The notes beneath the pieces were generated by a model, which had not been told where the DNA came from, ran no database searches, and saw only the letters and a list, made by a program, of their open reading frames with translations. Shown in pieces: positions 19,043-28,704 of a stretch of 64,000 nucleotides of DNA. The translations under genes were made by a program, and so were the position numbers. How positions within the stretch are numbered: the stretch's first letter is position 1; each line of letters starts with the position of its first letter. The DNA is taken from sequence record SRR2962707_526; one strand, 5' to 3'.

Positions 19043-20170
19043 TTATGAAATAAAAGAGAAGCCATTGTCCGTTAAAGTGACCGACAGGCCTGTTTTTGCC
19101 GAATGCTGAGCGGCTAAACCTATAACTACTGCACGCAATCCATCTTCGATAGACACGTCGATAGGACCTTGTTCAGTAATTGCTTTATAGAAGCCGAGAT
19201 GCTGATAGAAGGTAGAGCCGTTATGATCGCCAGCTGCCAATAGAGTGTCGTCTACTGGGATATCTGCCTCAATTGGGCCTTTGGGTTTTCTTGGGCTAAG
19301 GACAACTTTAGGTATTGGGGCTGCACCAAGGGTTTTTGTTGGCCAAAAGCGCCCAGGACCGGGTACAAAACATTCTAGCTTAGCTTGTGGGCCAATAGCG
19401 CAGATTTCTTCTTGATAGCGTGATCCTTCTGCAAACATATTCAGATCCAAAGAGGCTCGTTGGCCGCTTTTAAAATCCACAACGACAAAGGCATTATCGA
19501 TAATATCAGGCGTCATTCCATGGTAGCTTTCATCTAGGTGGTTACAATCTTGTCCAGTGGATGCATAGACTCGATGCACTTCAGAGCCCGTTAGTAAACG
19601 CATCAAATCAAAAAAGTGACAACATTTCTCAACCAGTGTACCACCCGTTTTCTCGTTAAAGCGGTTCCAGTCATTTACCTTTTCTAGAAATGGAAAGCGG
19701 TGTTCACGGATGCTCAGCATTTTCATAGCACCGACGTCGCCATTGAGTAATTGCTTTCTGAATTGACTAACAGGTGGCATGTAGCGATATTCCATAGCAA
19801 CCCAAACTGGAGCGGGGTGATTGGCCGCGGCTTCACGAACTAAAGCGACCTGTGCCAAATCACTAATGACAGGTTTTTCGACTAAAATTGGCAATTCTGT
19901 TTTAGCAAACAGTTCTAGTAATTGATCCGCATGCTGGTAGTTGGGTGTGGTAACGACGATGGCATCAAGTGCTAAGTTGGCACTTAGCATCTCATCAAGA
20001 GTGTCAAAGAATTGCACGTCAGGAACTAATTCAGAGCAACGGTTACGCATTGTTGGATCAGGTTCAATAATACCCACTACGTGGGCGCCTTCAATGAGAG
20101 CGATGTTGCGTAAGTGTTCTTGTCCCATCATGCCACAACCTAGCATGCCGTATCCTACAGATTTAGCCAT
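19043..20170 (-). CDS. Gfo/Idh/MocA-family NAD(P)-dependent oxidoreductase
   Basis: GCGMMGQEH, TPNYQH, LVEKP and GGTLVEKCCHFFDL. Confidence 0.9.
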   Translation of the reverse strand: MAKSVGYGMLGCGMMGQEHLRNIALIEGAHVVGIIEPDPTMRNRCSELVPDVQFFDTLDEMLSANLALDAIVVTTPNYQHADQLLELFAKTELPILVEKPVISDLAQVALVREAAANHPAPVWVAMEYRYMPPVSQFRKQLLNGDVGAMKMLSIREHRFPFLEKVNDWNRFNEKTGGTLVEKCCHFFDLMRLLTGSEVHRVYASTGQDCNHLDESYHGMTPDIIDNAFVVVDFKSGQRASLDLNMFAEGSRYQEEICAIGPQAKLECFVPGPGRFWPTKTLGAAPIPKVVLSPRKPKGPIEADIPVDDTLLAAGDHNGSTFYQHLGFYKAITEQGPIDVSIEDGLRAVVIGLAAQHSAKTGLSVTLTDNGFSFIS

Positions 20171-20197
20171 TTTATACCTCTTATTTTTATTGAATAG

Positions 20198-20905
20198 TTA
20201 GTGCCATCGAGCAATGTATCTAGCTTTTTCCGGGTGGTACCAAGTCAGCGAAAACTCTTCTATTTTACCCTCATTCGACCAGCTTCTACGTTGAACTCTT
20301 GGTAGTACAGTGTCTGGACTGAGGTTCAGTTTTTCGACTACCCATTGGGGTGGGTTAATACAATCAATTTCATCTTCAACGCGGCTTATCCAAAAAGAAA
20401 AGTTCTCTCGATAATGAAGGTAAAGTGATTCGTGAATATCTTCGAGTTTTAAGGATTTCGCATGGCTATGGCGAAACCAAATTTGTTCCATAGCCACCAG
20501 TTGCCGATTTAAATACCGAGCGCGCTTGATGCACCAAAGTTGTGTCGGCTCAGAGTCTTGTATTAATAGGCGTGTGGCGACATAGTCATTTTCATCGACG
20601 CTAACGGATAGATTGTCAGCAGTAGGGATGCCGCCTCCGGTGAGTAGCTCAAGATGAAAAAACTGGTAAATAGCACGGCCGTTGGGGGCTCGCTTAACGT
20701 AGTTTCCCGAACCTTGACGTCTTTCAAGAAGGCCATCTTCCTCTAATTTAGCAAGGGATTTCCGCAGTGTGCCTATCGCGACGCCTAGCGTGGCTGCAAG
20801 CTCAGCTTCAATGGGTAATTTTTCGCCAGGGAGCCAATGCCCTGCGGCAATTTCCCTGTGTAAGAGTTCGCTAACTTGAATGTAAATTGGTAATTGTCTG
20901 GCCAT
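20198..20905 (-). CDS. GntR-family (HutC/UTRA-type) transcriptional regulator
   Basis: PIYIQV...GEKLP.EAELA..LGVA.GTLRK...ERRQGSGNYV plus a UTRA-like C-terminus. Confidence 0.9.
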   Translation of the reverse strand: MARQLPIYIQVSELLHREIAAGHWLPGEKLPIEAELAATLGVAIGTLRKSLAKLEEDGLLERRQGSGNYVKRAPNGRAIYQFFHLELLTGGGIPTADNLSVSVDENDYVATRLLIQDSEPTQLWCIKRARYLNRQLVAMEQIWFRHSHAKSLKLEDIHESLYLHYRENFSFWISRVEDEIDCINPPQWVVEKLNLSPDTVLPRVQRRSWSNEGKIEEFSLTWYHPEKARYIARWH

Positions 20906-21083
20906 TTTTTTATTCTTCTTCACTTGCTCACCTAATGTGCCGAAAACAACAATCATTGTCTTAAACATCAGCCCGTTATATGGCGCTCCAAATCTTTTAG
21001 TGCGCTGGTCAGTGGTTGGCTCCGCTCCACATTACTCCTTAGTGAAGTAAGTAGAGCATTTATTTAGCCAAATTCATTTACTA

Positions 21084-21097
21084 TTGATTTACATCAA
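21084..21097. promoter_or_regulatory. Perfect TTGAT-N4-ATCAA palindrome (FNR consensus or local GntR operator)
   Basis: TTGATTTACATCAA in the divergent gntR / aldo-keto reductase intergenic region. Confidence 0.6.
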
Positions 21098-21245
21098 AAG
21101 AATACACTGATAGGGTAAATATACAACCACTACAAAATGCAATTTATCATTGCTAGTGCTGGAGTGGCATAAATAACAAAAACAAATTGATTGGGCCGGC
21201 TTAGGTCGGACCTGATTGTTAAGCTCGATTTTCGGAGTACAGTCA

Positions 21246-22148
21246 ATGAAAAAGATACAGGTTGGTAAATCGGACCTTCAATTCAGCCGTCTTGTCTATG
21301 GTGTGTGGCGTTTAGCCGACGCAGCAGACCGTTCCTATGCGCATATAAAAGAAAAAGTAGATGCCTGCCTTGATCAAGGTATTACTACCTTTGATCATGC
21401 CGATATTTATGGTGATTACGAGTGTGAGAAGTTATTTGGCCAGGTGTTGGAAAGAGACCCAGCGTTGCGCTCCAAAATGCAAATCATCTCCAAATGCGAC
21501 ATTGCACTGATCTCTGATAAATTCCCACAACGTCGTGTTAAGTACTACGACACAAGCGCTGCATACATCCAGTCTGGGGTAGAGCAAAGTCTAAAAAAAC
21601 TCCATACAGATTATCTAGATCTGTTTCTAATACACCGACCAGATCCATTTATGGACGCCGCCGAAACTGCTAGTGCACTCGATGCCTTGATCGATAGTGG
21701 TAAAGTCCGAGCGGTAGGTGTGTCCAACTTTTCGGTTTGGGATTGGCGTTTATTGCAATCACAAATGAAGCATCAATTAGCCGCGAACCAAGTAGAAATG
21801 AACCTTTTACAGCGCGATCAGTTTACCAATGGCAACCTAGCTGCAATGCAAGTTGATGGTCTGACGCCTATGGCGTGGTCGCCGCTTGCTGGTGGTGCGC
21901 TATTTGGTGAATCGGCTGAAACCGTACGTTTGGCGCCTATCTTTTCTCGTATGGCTGAAATGCAGCAATGTTCCGTGGATCAGATTGCCTTAGCTTGGTT
22001 GTTGGCACACCCTGCGAACATTGTCCCTGTGGTAGGCACAAACAATGTGGATCGCATTAAAGCGCTTTCACATGTTTCCTCTATTGAGATAGATCGCGAG
22101 ATTTGGTTTGAGTTGTGGACAGCCGCAGCGGGCGAAGAAGTGGCTTAG
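21246..22148 (+). CDS. Aldo/keto reductase (YdhF-like)
   Basis: GITTFDHADIYG.Y, IISKC, LIHRPD, GVSNF and AWSPLAGG. Confidence 0.9.
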   Translation: MKKIQVGKSDLQFSRLVYGVWRLADAADRSYAHIKEKVDACLDQGITTFDHADIYGDYECEKLFGQVLERDPALRSKMQIISKCDIALISDKFPQRRVKYYDTSAAYIQSGVEQSLKKLHTDYLDLFLIHRPDPFMDAAETASALDALIDSGKVRAVGVSNFSVWDWRLLQSQMKHQLAANQVEMNLLQRDQFTNGNLAAMQVDGLTPMAWSPLAGGALFGESAETVRLAPIFSRMAEMQQCSVDQIALAWLLAHPANIVPVVGTNNVDRIKALSHVSSIEIDREIWFELWTAAAGEEVA

Positions 22149-22182
22149 GAATCTTCCTCACACCCTTAGCAAGGAGTGCACT

Positions 22183-22743
22183 ATGATAATTCTAAAAATA
22201 CTAGTGACTTGTTTAGCCCAAATAAATGAATTTTTAAGTCGGATCGGCAGGCAAGTTGCTTGGGTGTTAGTTGCCGCTATGATCAGCATTATCCTGCTTC
22301 AGGTATTTTGCCGGTATGTACTTAATAGTGCTTTACCTTGGCCTGAAGAGGCTGCCCGTGCCCTGATGATTTGGATGATGGCTATGGTGGCAGGAGAGGC
22401 TTATCGTCGTGGTTCTTTTGTGGCTATCGATATGCTCATTTTCGCGTTACCCAGTAAGGCATCAAGCCTGCTTAAACTACTGATATTTTTAGTCTCCGCA
22501 GTGGTGTTGTATAAATTAAGTACCTTGGGTATTGATTTCTTTGAGCGAGGGTTTCGTGCTAGAGCGGCTTCTATGCCCATTTCTCGTGCTTGGATCTATT
22601 TAGCCATGCCAGTCTGTTTTATTACTATGTTATTGGCAAATATAGAGTTATGCCTTAGAGAAATTGGCTGTTTGTTGGGGGATAAACGTTTTTTTGAATT
22701 GCGCTTTTCCTCTAGTGAAAGCGAAGTGCCTGACGCGATATAA
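22183..22743 (+). CDS. TRAP transporter small permease (DctQ family)
   Basis: QVFCRYVLN.ALPWPEE.AR; 4 TM helices; AAGGAG RBS. Confidence 0.9.
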   Translation: MIILKILVTCLAQINEFLSRIGRQVAWVLVAAMISIILLQVFCRYVLNSALPWPEEAARALMIWMMAMVAGEAYRRGSFVAIDMLIFALPSKASSLLKLLIFLVSAVVLYKLSTLGIDFFERGFRARAASMPISRAWIYLAMPVCFITMLLANIELCLREIGCLLGDKRFFELRFSSSESEVPDAI

Positions 22744-22783
22744 CAACAAGTGTTGATGATAAAAATAACAAGAGAGAGACATT

Positions 22784-24076
22784 ATGTTAGCCCTGTTTTT
22801 ACCTTTGTTTTTAGTGTTTTTGCTAATAGGTATGCCGGTTTTTTTCGCGATGCTTGCAGCCCCTGGAATCATGTTGTTTTCAAATGGTATGGAACGAGAT
22901 CTTTCTTTGCTGTTTCGAAACATCTATAACGGTATCGACTCCTTTCCTTTAATGGCGATTCCTTTCTTTATGCTAGCCGGTGAGTTGATGAACCGAGGTG
23001 GTATTACTTATAACCTGGTGCAATTTTCTCAGTCTTTCATTGGTCATGTACGAGGTGGTTTGGCGCATGTCAATATCATGTCGAGCATGTTGTTTGCTGG
23101 ATTGTCTGGGTCCGCTGTTGCCGATACTTCTGCGATTGGCTCTATGATGATTCCGGCGATGGAAAAGAATGGCTACTCGCGTAAGTTCGCAGCGGCTATT
23201 ACTGCTGCATCTTCGGTTATTGGGCCGATTATTCCGCCATCGGGTATCATGATTATCTATGCTTATACCATGCAGCTTTCCGTGGCAGCCTTGTTCGCGG
23301 CTGGTATCTTGCCAGGGATTTTAATCGGTATTGGCTTGATGATTATGGTTGCCTTAATGGCGAAAAAGTATGATTTTCCAATCGCTGGGCCTAAAGCAAG
23401 TTGGTCAGAACGAGGCACAGCAACACGAAAAGCTATTTTTCCTTTAATGGCGCCTGTGATTATTCTGGGCGGTATTATAGGGGGCTTATTTACCCCTACA
23501 GAAGCGTCTGCTATCGCGGCACTGTATGCATTTGTGATCAGTGTTTGGGTAATGAAAACCATTAAAATAAAAGATTTGCCAAGTATATTGATCAAAGGTG
23601 CCCAGTCATCGGCTGTCGTTTTGTTGTTAGTCGGATCAGCGATTGCTTTTAAAACCGTGGTAAGTCTGTCTCATAGTGCTGAAATGCTAGCTAGCTGGGT
23701 ACTGACTATGAGTGACAATCCGTTAATGTTGTTATTCTTGATCAATATTCTATTGTTTGTCGTTGGTATGTTTTTGGATGCAGGTCCAGCGATTATAATT
23801 TTAGGTCCTATACTAGGGCCCATTTTTGTCAATTTGGGTGTCGACCCAATTCATTTCGCGATCATCATGAGTGTGAATTTAACTGTTGGCTTGGCAACGC
23901 CGCCAATGGGGTTGGTGTTGTTTGTGGCTTCCAGTGTTTCTGGTGAGCGAGTCGAGACGATATCGCGAGCTATTTTGCCCTTCTTAGCTGTTGAAGTAGT
24001 AATTATCTTCCTAATTACATTTGTACCATCTATTTCTATGACTATCCCAAGATGGCTTGGGCTGGTTTCAGGGTAA
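22784..24076 (+). CDS. TRAP transporter large permease (DctM family)
   Basis: FPLMAIPFFMLAGELM, GLSGSAVAD, IGPIIPPS and GLATPPMG. Confidence 0.95.
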   Translation: MLALFLPLFLVFLLIGMPVFFAMLAAPGIMLFSNGMERDLSLLFRNIYNGIDSFPLMAIPFFMLAGELMNRGGITYNLVQFSQSFIGHVRGGLAHVNIMSSMLFAGLSGSAVADTSAIGSMMIPAMEKNGYSRKFAAAITAASSVIGPIIPPSGIMIIYAYTMQLSVAALFAAGILPGILIGIGLMIMVALMAKKYDFPIAGPKASWSERGTATRKAIFPLMAPVIILGGIIGGLFTPTEASAIAALYAFVISVWVMKTIKIKDLPSILIKGAQSSAVVLLLVGSAIAFKTVVSLSHSAEMLASWVLTMSDNPLMLLFLINILLFVVGMFLDAGPAIIILGPILGPIFVNLGVDPIHFAIIMSVNLTVGLATPPMGLVLFVASSVSGERVETISRAILPFLAVEVVIIFLITFVPSISMTIPRWLGLVSG

Positions 24077-24120
24077 TGTCATTTTTAATAAGCAAAGCAA
24101 TCAATAAAGAGGACTTAATT

Positions 24121-25197
24121 GTGTTCACTAAAACAAAAATAAATAATGTTGTTGGCGCCGCTTTAATTGGAACGAGCTTATTGCTGGGTAGCATAGGCGT
24201 TGGTCATGCGGCTGAGTTTAATTTAAGAGCAGTCGCGAATTCGAACAACACAGATGAAGATTACGACGGCTTAGAAGTGTTTAAAGATTATGTGGAATCC
24301 CATTCAAATGGCAAAATTGCCATTGATATCTTCATGGGTTCTCAGTTGTGTGGTAGTGGAGTGGAATGTCTTGAAGCCTTAGAATCTGGCTCTGTTGATG
24401 TGTATATTTCCACATCGGGTGGTGCTGCCTCGATGTTTCCATACCTTCAGGTTCTAGATTTGCCTTACGTTCTACCCAATGATCGTGTTGCTGAAAAAGT
24501 ATTGGAGGGAGATTTCCCAAGAGTATTGCGCAAGCAAATCTTGGCGGATTCGGATGATGTAGTACGTTTAATGACTATAGGCAATACCGGTGGTTGGCGT
24601 AATTTTGCGAATACAAAAAAAACGGTTAAAACGCCTGCAGACTTAAAGGGGATGAAAATTCGGACCATAGTTGCAGATTTGCCACAGCAGCTTGTGCTGG
24701 CAATGGGTGCCAGTCCGACCCCGATACCATGGGGCGATCTGTTTACGTCTTTTCAAACAGGTGTCGTAGATGGTTCTAAAAACGGTATAACTGACATAAT
24801 GGGAATGAAGTTTACTGATGGTGGATTGAAATATCTTACATTGGATGAACATGCCTATATGTCGGCGCTTTGGTTTATGAATAATGAAGTGTTTGAAAGT
24901 ATGCCAAAGGATCTTCGTAAGGTTGTGGTAGATGGTTTTGCAGCGTTACAGCAAGCGACTTTTGCATCACCAAAACGTAAATCGATACAGGCCTATAAAG
25001 ACTTTGCCAAAGCGGGTGGTAAGTTGTATGTGCCCACTTCAGAAGAGAAGGCGCAATTTAAAGAGGCGGCTAAACCGGTTTATGCTTGGTTTAAAGGCAA
25101 TGTCCAAGACGGTGAGAAATGGTACAACCTATTAAATGATGCGACCATTAAAGCGCAAAAAGAAATCACGGTGGATGACGCAAAAGATTTAGACTAG
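24121..25197 (+). CDS. TRAP substrate-binding protein (DctP family)
   Basis: Signal peptide, DLKGMKIR (conserved anion-binding Arg) and QTGVVDG. GTG start after AGAGGA. Confidence 0.92.
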   Translation: MFTKTKINNVVGAALIGTSLLLGSIGVGHAAEFNLRAVANSNNTDEDYDGLEVFKDYVESHSNGKIAIDIFMGSQLCGSGVECLEALESGSVDVYISTSGGAASMFPYLQVLDLPYVLPNDRVAEKVLEGDFPRVLRKQILADSDDVVRLMTIGNTGGWRNFANTKKTVKTPADLKGMKIRTIVADLPQQLVLAMGASPTPIPWGDLFTSFQTGVVDGSKNGITDIMGMKFTDGGLKYLTLDEHAYMSALWFMNNEVFESMPKDLRKVVVDGFAALQQATFASPKRKSIQAYKDFAKAGGKLYVPTSEEKAQFKEAAKPVYAWFKGNVQDGEKWYNLLNDATIKAQKEITVDDAKDLD

Positions 25198-25253
25198 CTG
25201 TTATGGTGAAACAGAGAACTTAGTATAGATCTATACGACTGCAAGTGGATAGG

Positions 25254-25280
25254 AAAAAGGCCTCAAAATGAGGCCTTTTT
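25254..25280. terminator. Bidirectional intrinsic terminator (dctP / purD)
   Basis: AAAAAGGCCTCA-aaa-TGAGGCCTTTTT. Confidence 0.88.
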
Positions 25281-25309
25281 ATTGCGTAATGGATTCGTAA
25301 CGCCTGGGG

Positions 25310-26596
25310 TTATTTCTGTTCGCGGGCAATGGCGCGGTGGCCAATGTCGGTACGGAAATAAGCTTTATCCCAAGACAGTGTTTTCACTACGTCGTACGCG
25401 CCTGCTTGTGCTTCAGCGACTGTGTCACCAAGAGAAACGGCACACAATACGCGACCGCCATTTGTAACGACCTTGCCATCTTTCAATGCGGTGCCCGCTT
25501 GGAAGACTTTTTGGTGTGCAGGCAGTGCTGTGTCCAAACCAGAGATTACGTCGCCTTTCGGGTAGTCAGCAGGGTAGCCGCCCGCCGCCAGTACAACGCC
25601 TAGGCTGGCACGAGGGTCCCAATCTGCTTCCACGCTGTCTAGCTCGCCATGAATGGCCGCCAAACACATTTTTGCTAGATCGGAACGTAAACGCATCATA
25701 ATAGGTTGCGTTTCAGGGTCGCCAAAACGACAGTTGTATTCCAGTGTTTTTGGTGTGCCGTCCGCGGCAACCATGACACCAGCGTACAAGAAACCACGAT
25801 AGCGATTGCCTTCTGCATTCATGCCTTTCACGGTTGGCATAATCACTTCGTTCATGATGCGATCATGGATTTCAGGCGTAACAACAGGGGCAGGAGAATA
25901 AGCGCCCATGCCGCCAGTGTTTGGACCTAAGTCGCCATTGTCGCGCGCTTTATGGTCTTGGCTGGTGGCCATTGGTAGAACCGTTTCGCCATCAACCATG
26001 CAGATGAAGCTTGCTTCTTCGCCAGTTAAGAACTCTTCGATAACCACACGGCTGCCAGCGTCACCAAAAGAGTTACCTTGTAGCATGTCTTCAACGGCTT
26101 CGATGGCTTCTGCTTCTGTTTGAGCCAGAATCACGCCTTTACCAGCGGCTAGGCCATCGGCTTTTACCACGATAGGCGCGCCTTGTTGCTTGATGTAAGC
26201 AACCGCAGGTGCGATCTCAGTGAAGTTGCCGTAAGCCGCTGTTGGGATGTTGTGGCGAGCCAAAAAGTCTTTAGTAAAGGCTTTGGAGCCTTCTAATTGA
26301 GCGGCTGCGGCGGTTGGGCCGAAGATCGCAAGACCTTCTTTTTCAAAAGCATCAACCACACCGATAACAAGCGGTGCTTCTGGACCAACAATGGTCAGGT
26401 CGATGTTTTCTTTTTTTGCAAAGGCAACAAGATCGGCGATGTCAGTCACGCCGATATTAACGTTTTCGACTTTGTTTTCGGTTGCTGAGCCAGCGTTACC
26501 TGGAGCAACAAAGACTTTTTCGACATCGTTTGATTCTGCGGTTTTCCATGCAAGAGCATGTTCACGGCCGCCGTTACCAATAATAAGAACTTTCAT
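25310..26596 (-). CDS. purD: Phosphoribosylamine--glycine ligase
   Basis: GNGGREHAL, VGPEAPL, LEGSK, KADGLAAGKGV, GPNTGGMG and RFGDPETQ. Confidence 0.98.
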   Translation of the reverse strand: MKVLIIGNGGREHALAWKTAESNDVEKVFVAPGNAGSATENKVENVNIGVTDIADLVAFAKKENIDLTIVGPEAPLVIGVVDAFEKEGLAIFGPTAAAAQLEGSKAFTKDFLARHNIPTAAYGNFTEIAPAVAYIKQQGAPIVVKADGLAAGKGVILAQTEAEAIEAVEDMLQGNSFGDAGSRVVIEEFLTGEEASFICMVDGETVLPMATSQDHKARDNGDLGPNTGGMGAYSPAPVVTPEIHDRIMNEVIMPTVKGMNAEGNRYRGFLYAGVMVAADGTPKTLEYNCRFGDPETQPIMMRLRSDLAKMCLAAIHGELDSVEADWDPRASLGVVLAAGGYPADYPKGDVISGLDTALPAHQKVFQAGTALKDGKVVTNGGRVLCAVSLGDTVAEAQAGAYDVVKTLSWDKAYFRTDIGHRAIAREQK

Positions 26597-26665
26597 TATT
26601 TCATCCTTTCTATTGTAAACCAGTGGATCGCTCCACTGGTTATTCGCTAAATAGTGACGTCTATT

Positions 26666-28246
26666 TTAGTGACGGAAATGACGCATGCCAGTGAAGACCA
26701 TGGCCATACCAGCTTCGTCGGCAGCCGCAATAACTTCTGCGTCGCGCATAGATCCGCCAGGCTGAATGACCGCTGTGATGCCCGCTTGTGCTGCGGCATC
26801 AATGCCGTCGCGGAATGGGAAGAAAGCATCAGAGGCCATAACAGAGCCAACCACTTCTAGATTTTCATCTGCGGCTTTAATGCCAGCGATTTTTGCACTG
26901 TATACACGGCTCATTTGGCCAGCGCCCACACCGATCGTTTGTTCTGCTTTCGCGTAAACAATGGCGTTAGACTTAACAAATTTAGCGACTTTCCAAGCGA
27001 ACAATAGATCTTTTAGTTCTGCTTCACTTGGCTGACGCTTAGACACGATTTTAAGGTCATCAAGAGTGATGACACCATCGTCACGGTCTTGAACCAATAA
27101 GCCGCCGTTAACGCGTTTGTAGTCTAGGGCAGCGGGTTTGTTCGCTGACCATTGGCCACATTCTAGCAGGCGTACGTTCTGCTTAGTTGCAACGATATCG
27201 GCTGCCGCTTGGCTGACGCTTGGCGCGATAATAACTTCAACGAATTGACGGTCAACAATGGCTTGAGCCGTTGCAGCGTCTAATTCTTGGTTGAAAGCAA
27301 TGATGCCGCCGAAAGCAGAAGTTGGGTCAGTTTGGAAGGCCAGTTCGTACGCTGCCAGCTGATTTTCAGCCGTCGCGACACCACAAGGGTTGGCGTGTTT
27401 AACGATAACACAGGCTGGCTTGTCGAAGCTTTTAACGCATTCTAGAGCGGCATCTGTATCGGCGATGTTGTTGTAAGACAAGGCTTTACCTTGAACTTGC
27501 TTCGCGGTGCTGATGGACGCTTCTTTTGGATTGGCTTCTACATAAAACGCCGCTTTTTGATGAGGGTTTTCACCGTAGCGCATTTCTTCTTGCTTGTTGA
27601 ATTGCAAGTTGAAGGTGCGAGCGAAATCTTCACTGCCGCCAGCCACTTTTTTGCCAAGGAAGTTAGCGATAGCGCCATCATAATGAGACGTGTGTTCAAA
27701 GGCTTGAACGGCCAAGTCGAAACGCTGGTCGTAGGTTAAGCCGCCATCTGCTTTTAGCGAAGCAAGCAGTGTGTCGTAGCTTGCTGGAGAAACAACGATT
27801 GCGACGTCTTTATGGTTCTTCGCAGCAGAGCGAACCATAGTAGGGCCGCCGATGTCGATGTTTTCAATTGCCATTGGCAAATCGCAGTCAGGGCGTTCGA
27901 TGGTTGCTTCGAATGGGTATAGGTTAACGACCACCATATCGATTTCGTCGATACCGTGTTCTTTCATGATTGCGCCGTCGATGTCACGACGACCAAGGAT
28001 GCCGCCATGTACTTTCGGGTGCAAGGTTTTTACACGGCCGTCCATCATTTCAGGAAAGCCTGTGTAATCAGACACTTCCGTTGCCGCTACTTGGTTTTCA
28101 AGCAGTAGGCGGTAAGTGCCACCAGTAGAAAGAATTTCGACGCCCTGTGCGGTCAGTTCGCGTGCGAATTCGACAATGCCTGTTTTGTCGGAAACGCTGA
28201 TTAGAGCTCGTTTGATTGGAGTAACAGTAGTGTGATTTGCCATCAT
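26666..28246 (-). CDS. purH: Bifunctional AICAR formyltransferase / IMP cyclohydrolase
   Basis: [35 protein letters not shown] and RHFRH. Confidence 0.98.
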   Translation of the reverse strand: MMANHTTVTPIKRALISVSDKTGIVEFARELTAQGVEILSTGGTYRLLLENQVAATEVSDYTGFPEMMDGRVKTLHPKVHGGILGRRDIDGAIMKEHGIDEIDMVVVNLYPFEATIERPDCDLPMAIENIDIGGPTMVRSAAKNHKDVAIVVSPASYDTLLASLKADGGLTYDQRFDLAVQAFEHTSHYDGAIANFLGKKVAGGSEDFARTFNLQFNKQEEMRYGENPHQKAAFYVEANPKEASISTAKQVQGKALSYNNIADTDAALECVKSFDKPACVIVKHANPCGVATAENQLAAYELAFQTDPTSAFGGIIAFNQELDAATAQAIVDRQFVEVIIAPSVSQAAADIVATKQNVRLLECGQWSANKPAALDYKRVNGGLLVQDRDDGVITLDDLKIVSKRQPSEAELKDLLFAWKVAKFVKSNAIVYAKAEQTIGVGAGQMSRVYSAKIAGIKAADENLEVVGSVMASDAFFPFRDGIDAAAQAGITAVIQPGGSMRDAEVIAAADEAGMAMVFTGMRHFRH

Positions 28247-28294
28247 GGTTCTCGCAATTGATTAACGATAAATAAACAAGGGGAAGGTAAAACG

Positions 28295-28320
28295 AAAAAA
28301 GGGCGAAACCGCCCTTTTTT
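28295..28320 (-). terminator. Intrinsic terminator after fis
   Basis: AAAAAAGGGCG-aaac-CGCCCTTTTTT. Confidence 0.85.
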
Positions 28321-28326
28321 CAATGG

Positions 28327-28605
28327 TTAAAGCATGCCGTACTGCTTTAACTTTTTGCGCAACGTACCTCGGTTTAAGCCAAGGATAGTTGACGCCTTTG
28401 TCTGATTGTCTTTTGTGTAGCTCATGACAGACTCTAGCAGAGGTGCCTCAACCTCAGCTAAGACTAACTGATACAAGTCAGTCACTGGTTGCCCATCCAA
28501 GTGAGCGAAATAGTTTTGCAGTGCCTTTTCAACATTGTCACGTAGGGTTTGTGACTGCTCTGAAGAAGCAGCTTGAAACGTTTGAGTATGAGTTTGTTCT
28601 ACCAC
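28327..28605 (-). CDS. fis: DNA-binding protein Fis
   Basis: [15 protein letters not shown] and NQTKA...[16 protein letters not shown]. Probable GTG start at 28605. Confidence 0.97.
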   Translation of the reverse strand: MVEQTHTQTFQAASSEQSQTLRDNVEKALQNYFAHLDGQPVTDLYQLVLAEVEAPLLESVMSYTKDNQTKASTILGLNRGTLRKKLKQYGML

Positions 28606-28704
28606 AGAGTAACCTTCTAGTTTAAAGCTAACCATTTAGTAATAGGCATTGAGCATAGACCACGGATGAGGATAAATCAGCCGAGACTATGAAATCGTTG
28701 TCTA

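Noticed and set aside
17874-25286. Possible target-site duplication (TATTGCG) at both ends of the catabolic cluster
   Set aside because: A 7-bp AT-rich match is expected by chance, and there is no integrase, transposase or tRNA at either edge.
28247-28326. Possible ZMP/ZTP riboswitch upstream of purH
   Set aside because: The gap is only 80 bp, largely taken by the fis terminator, and shows no aptamer motif.
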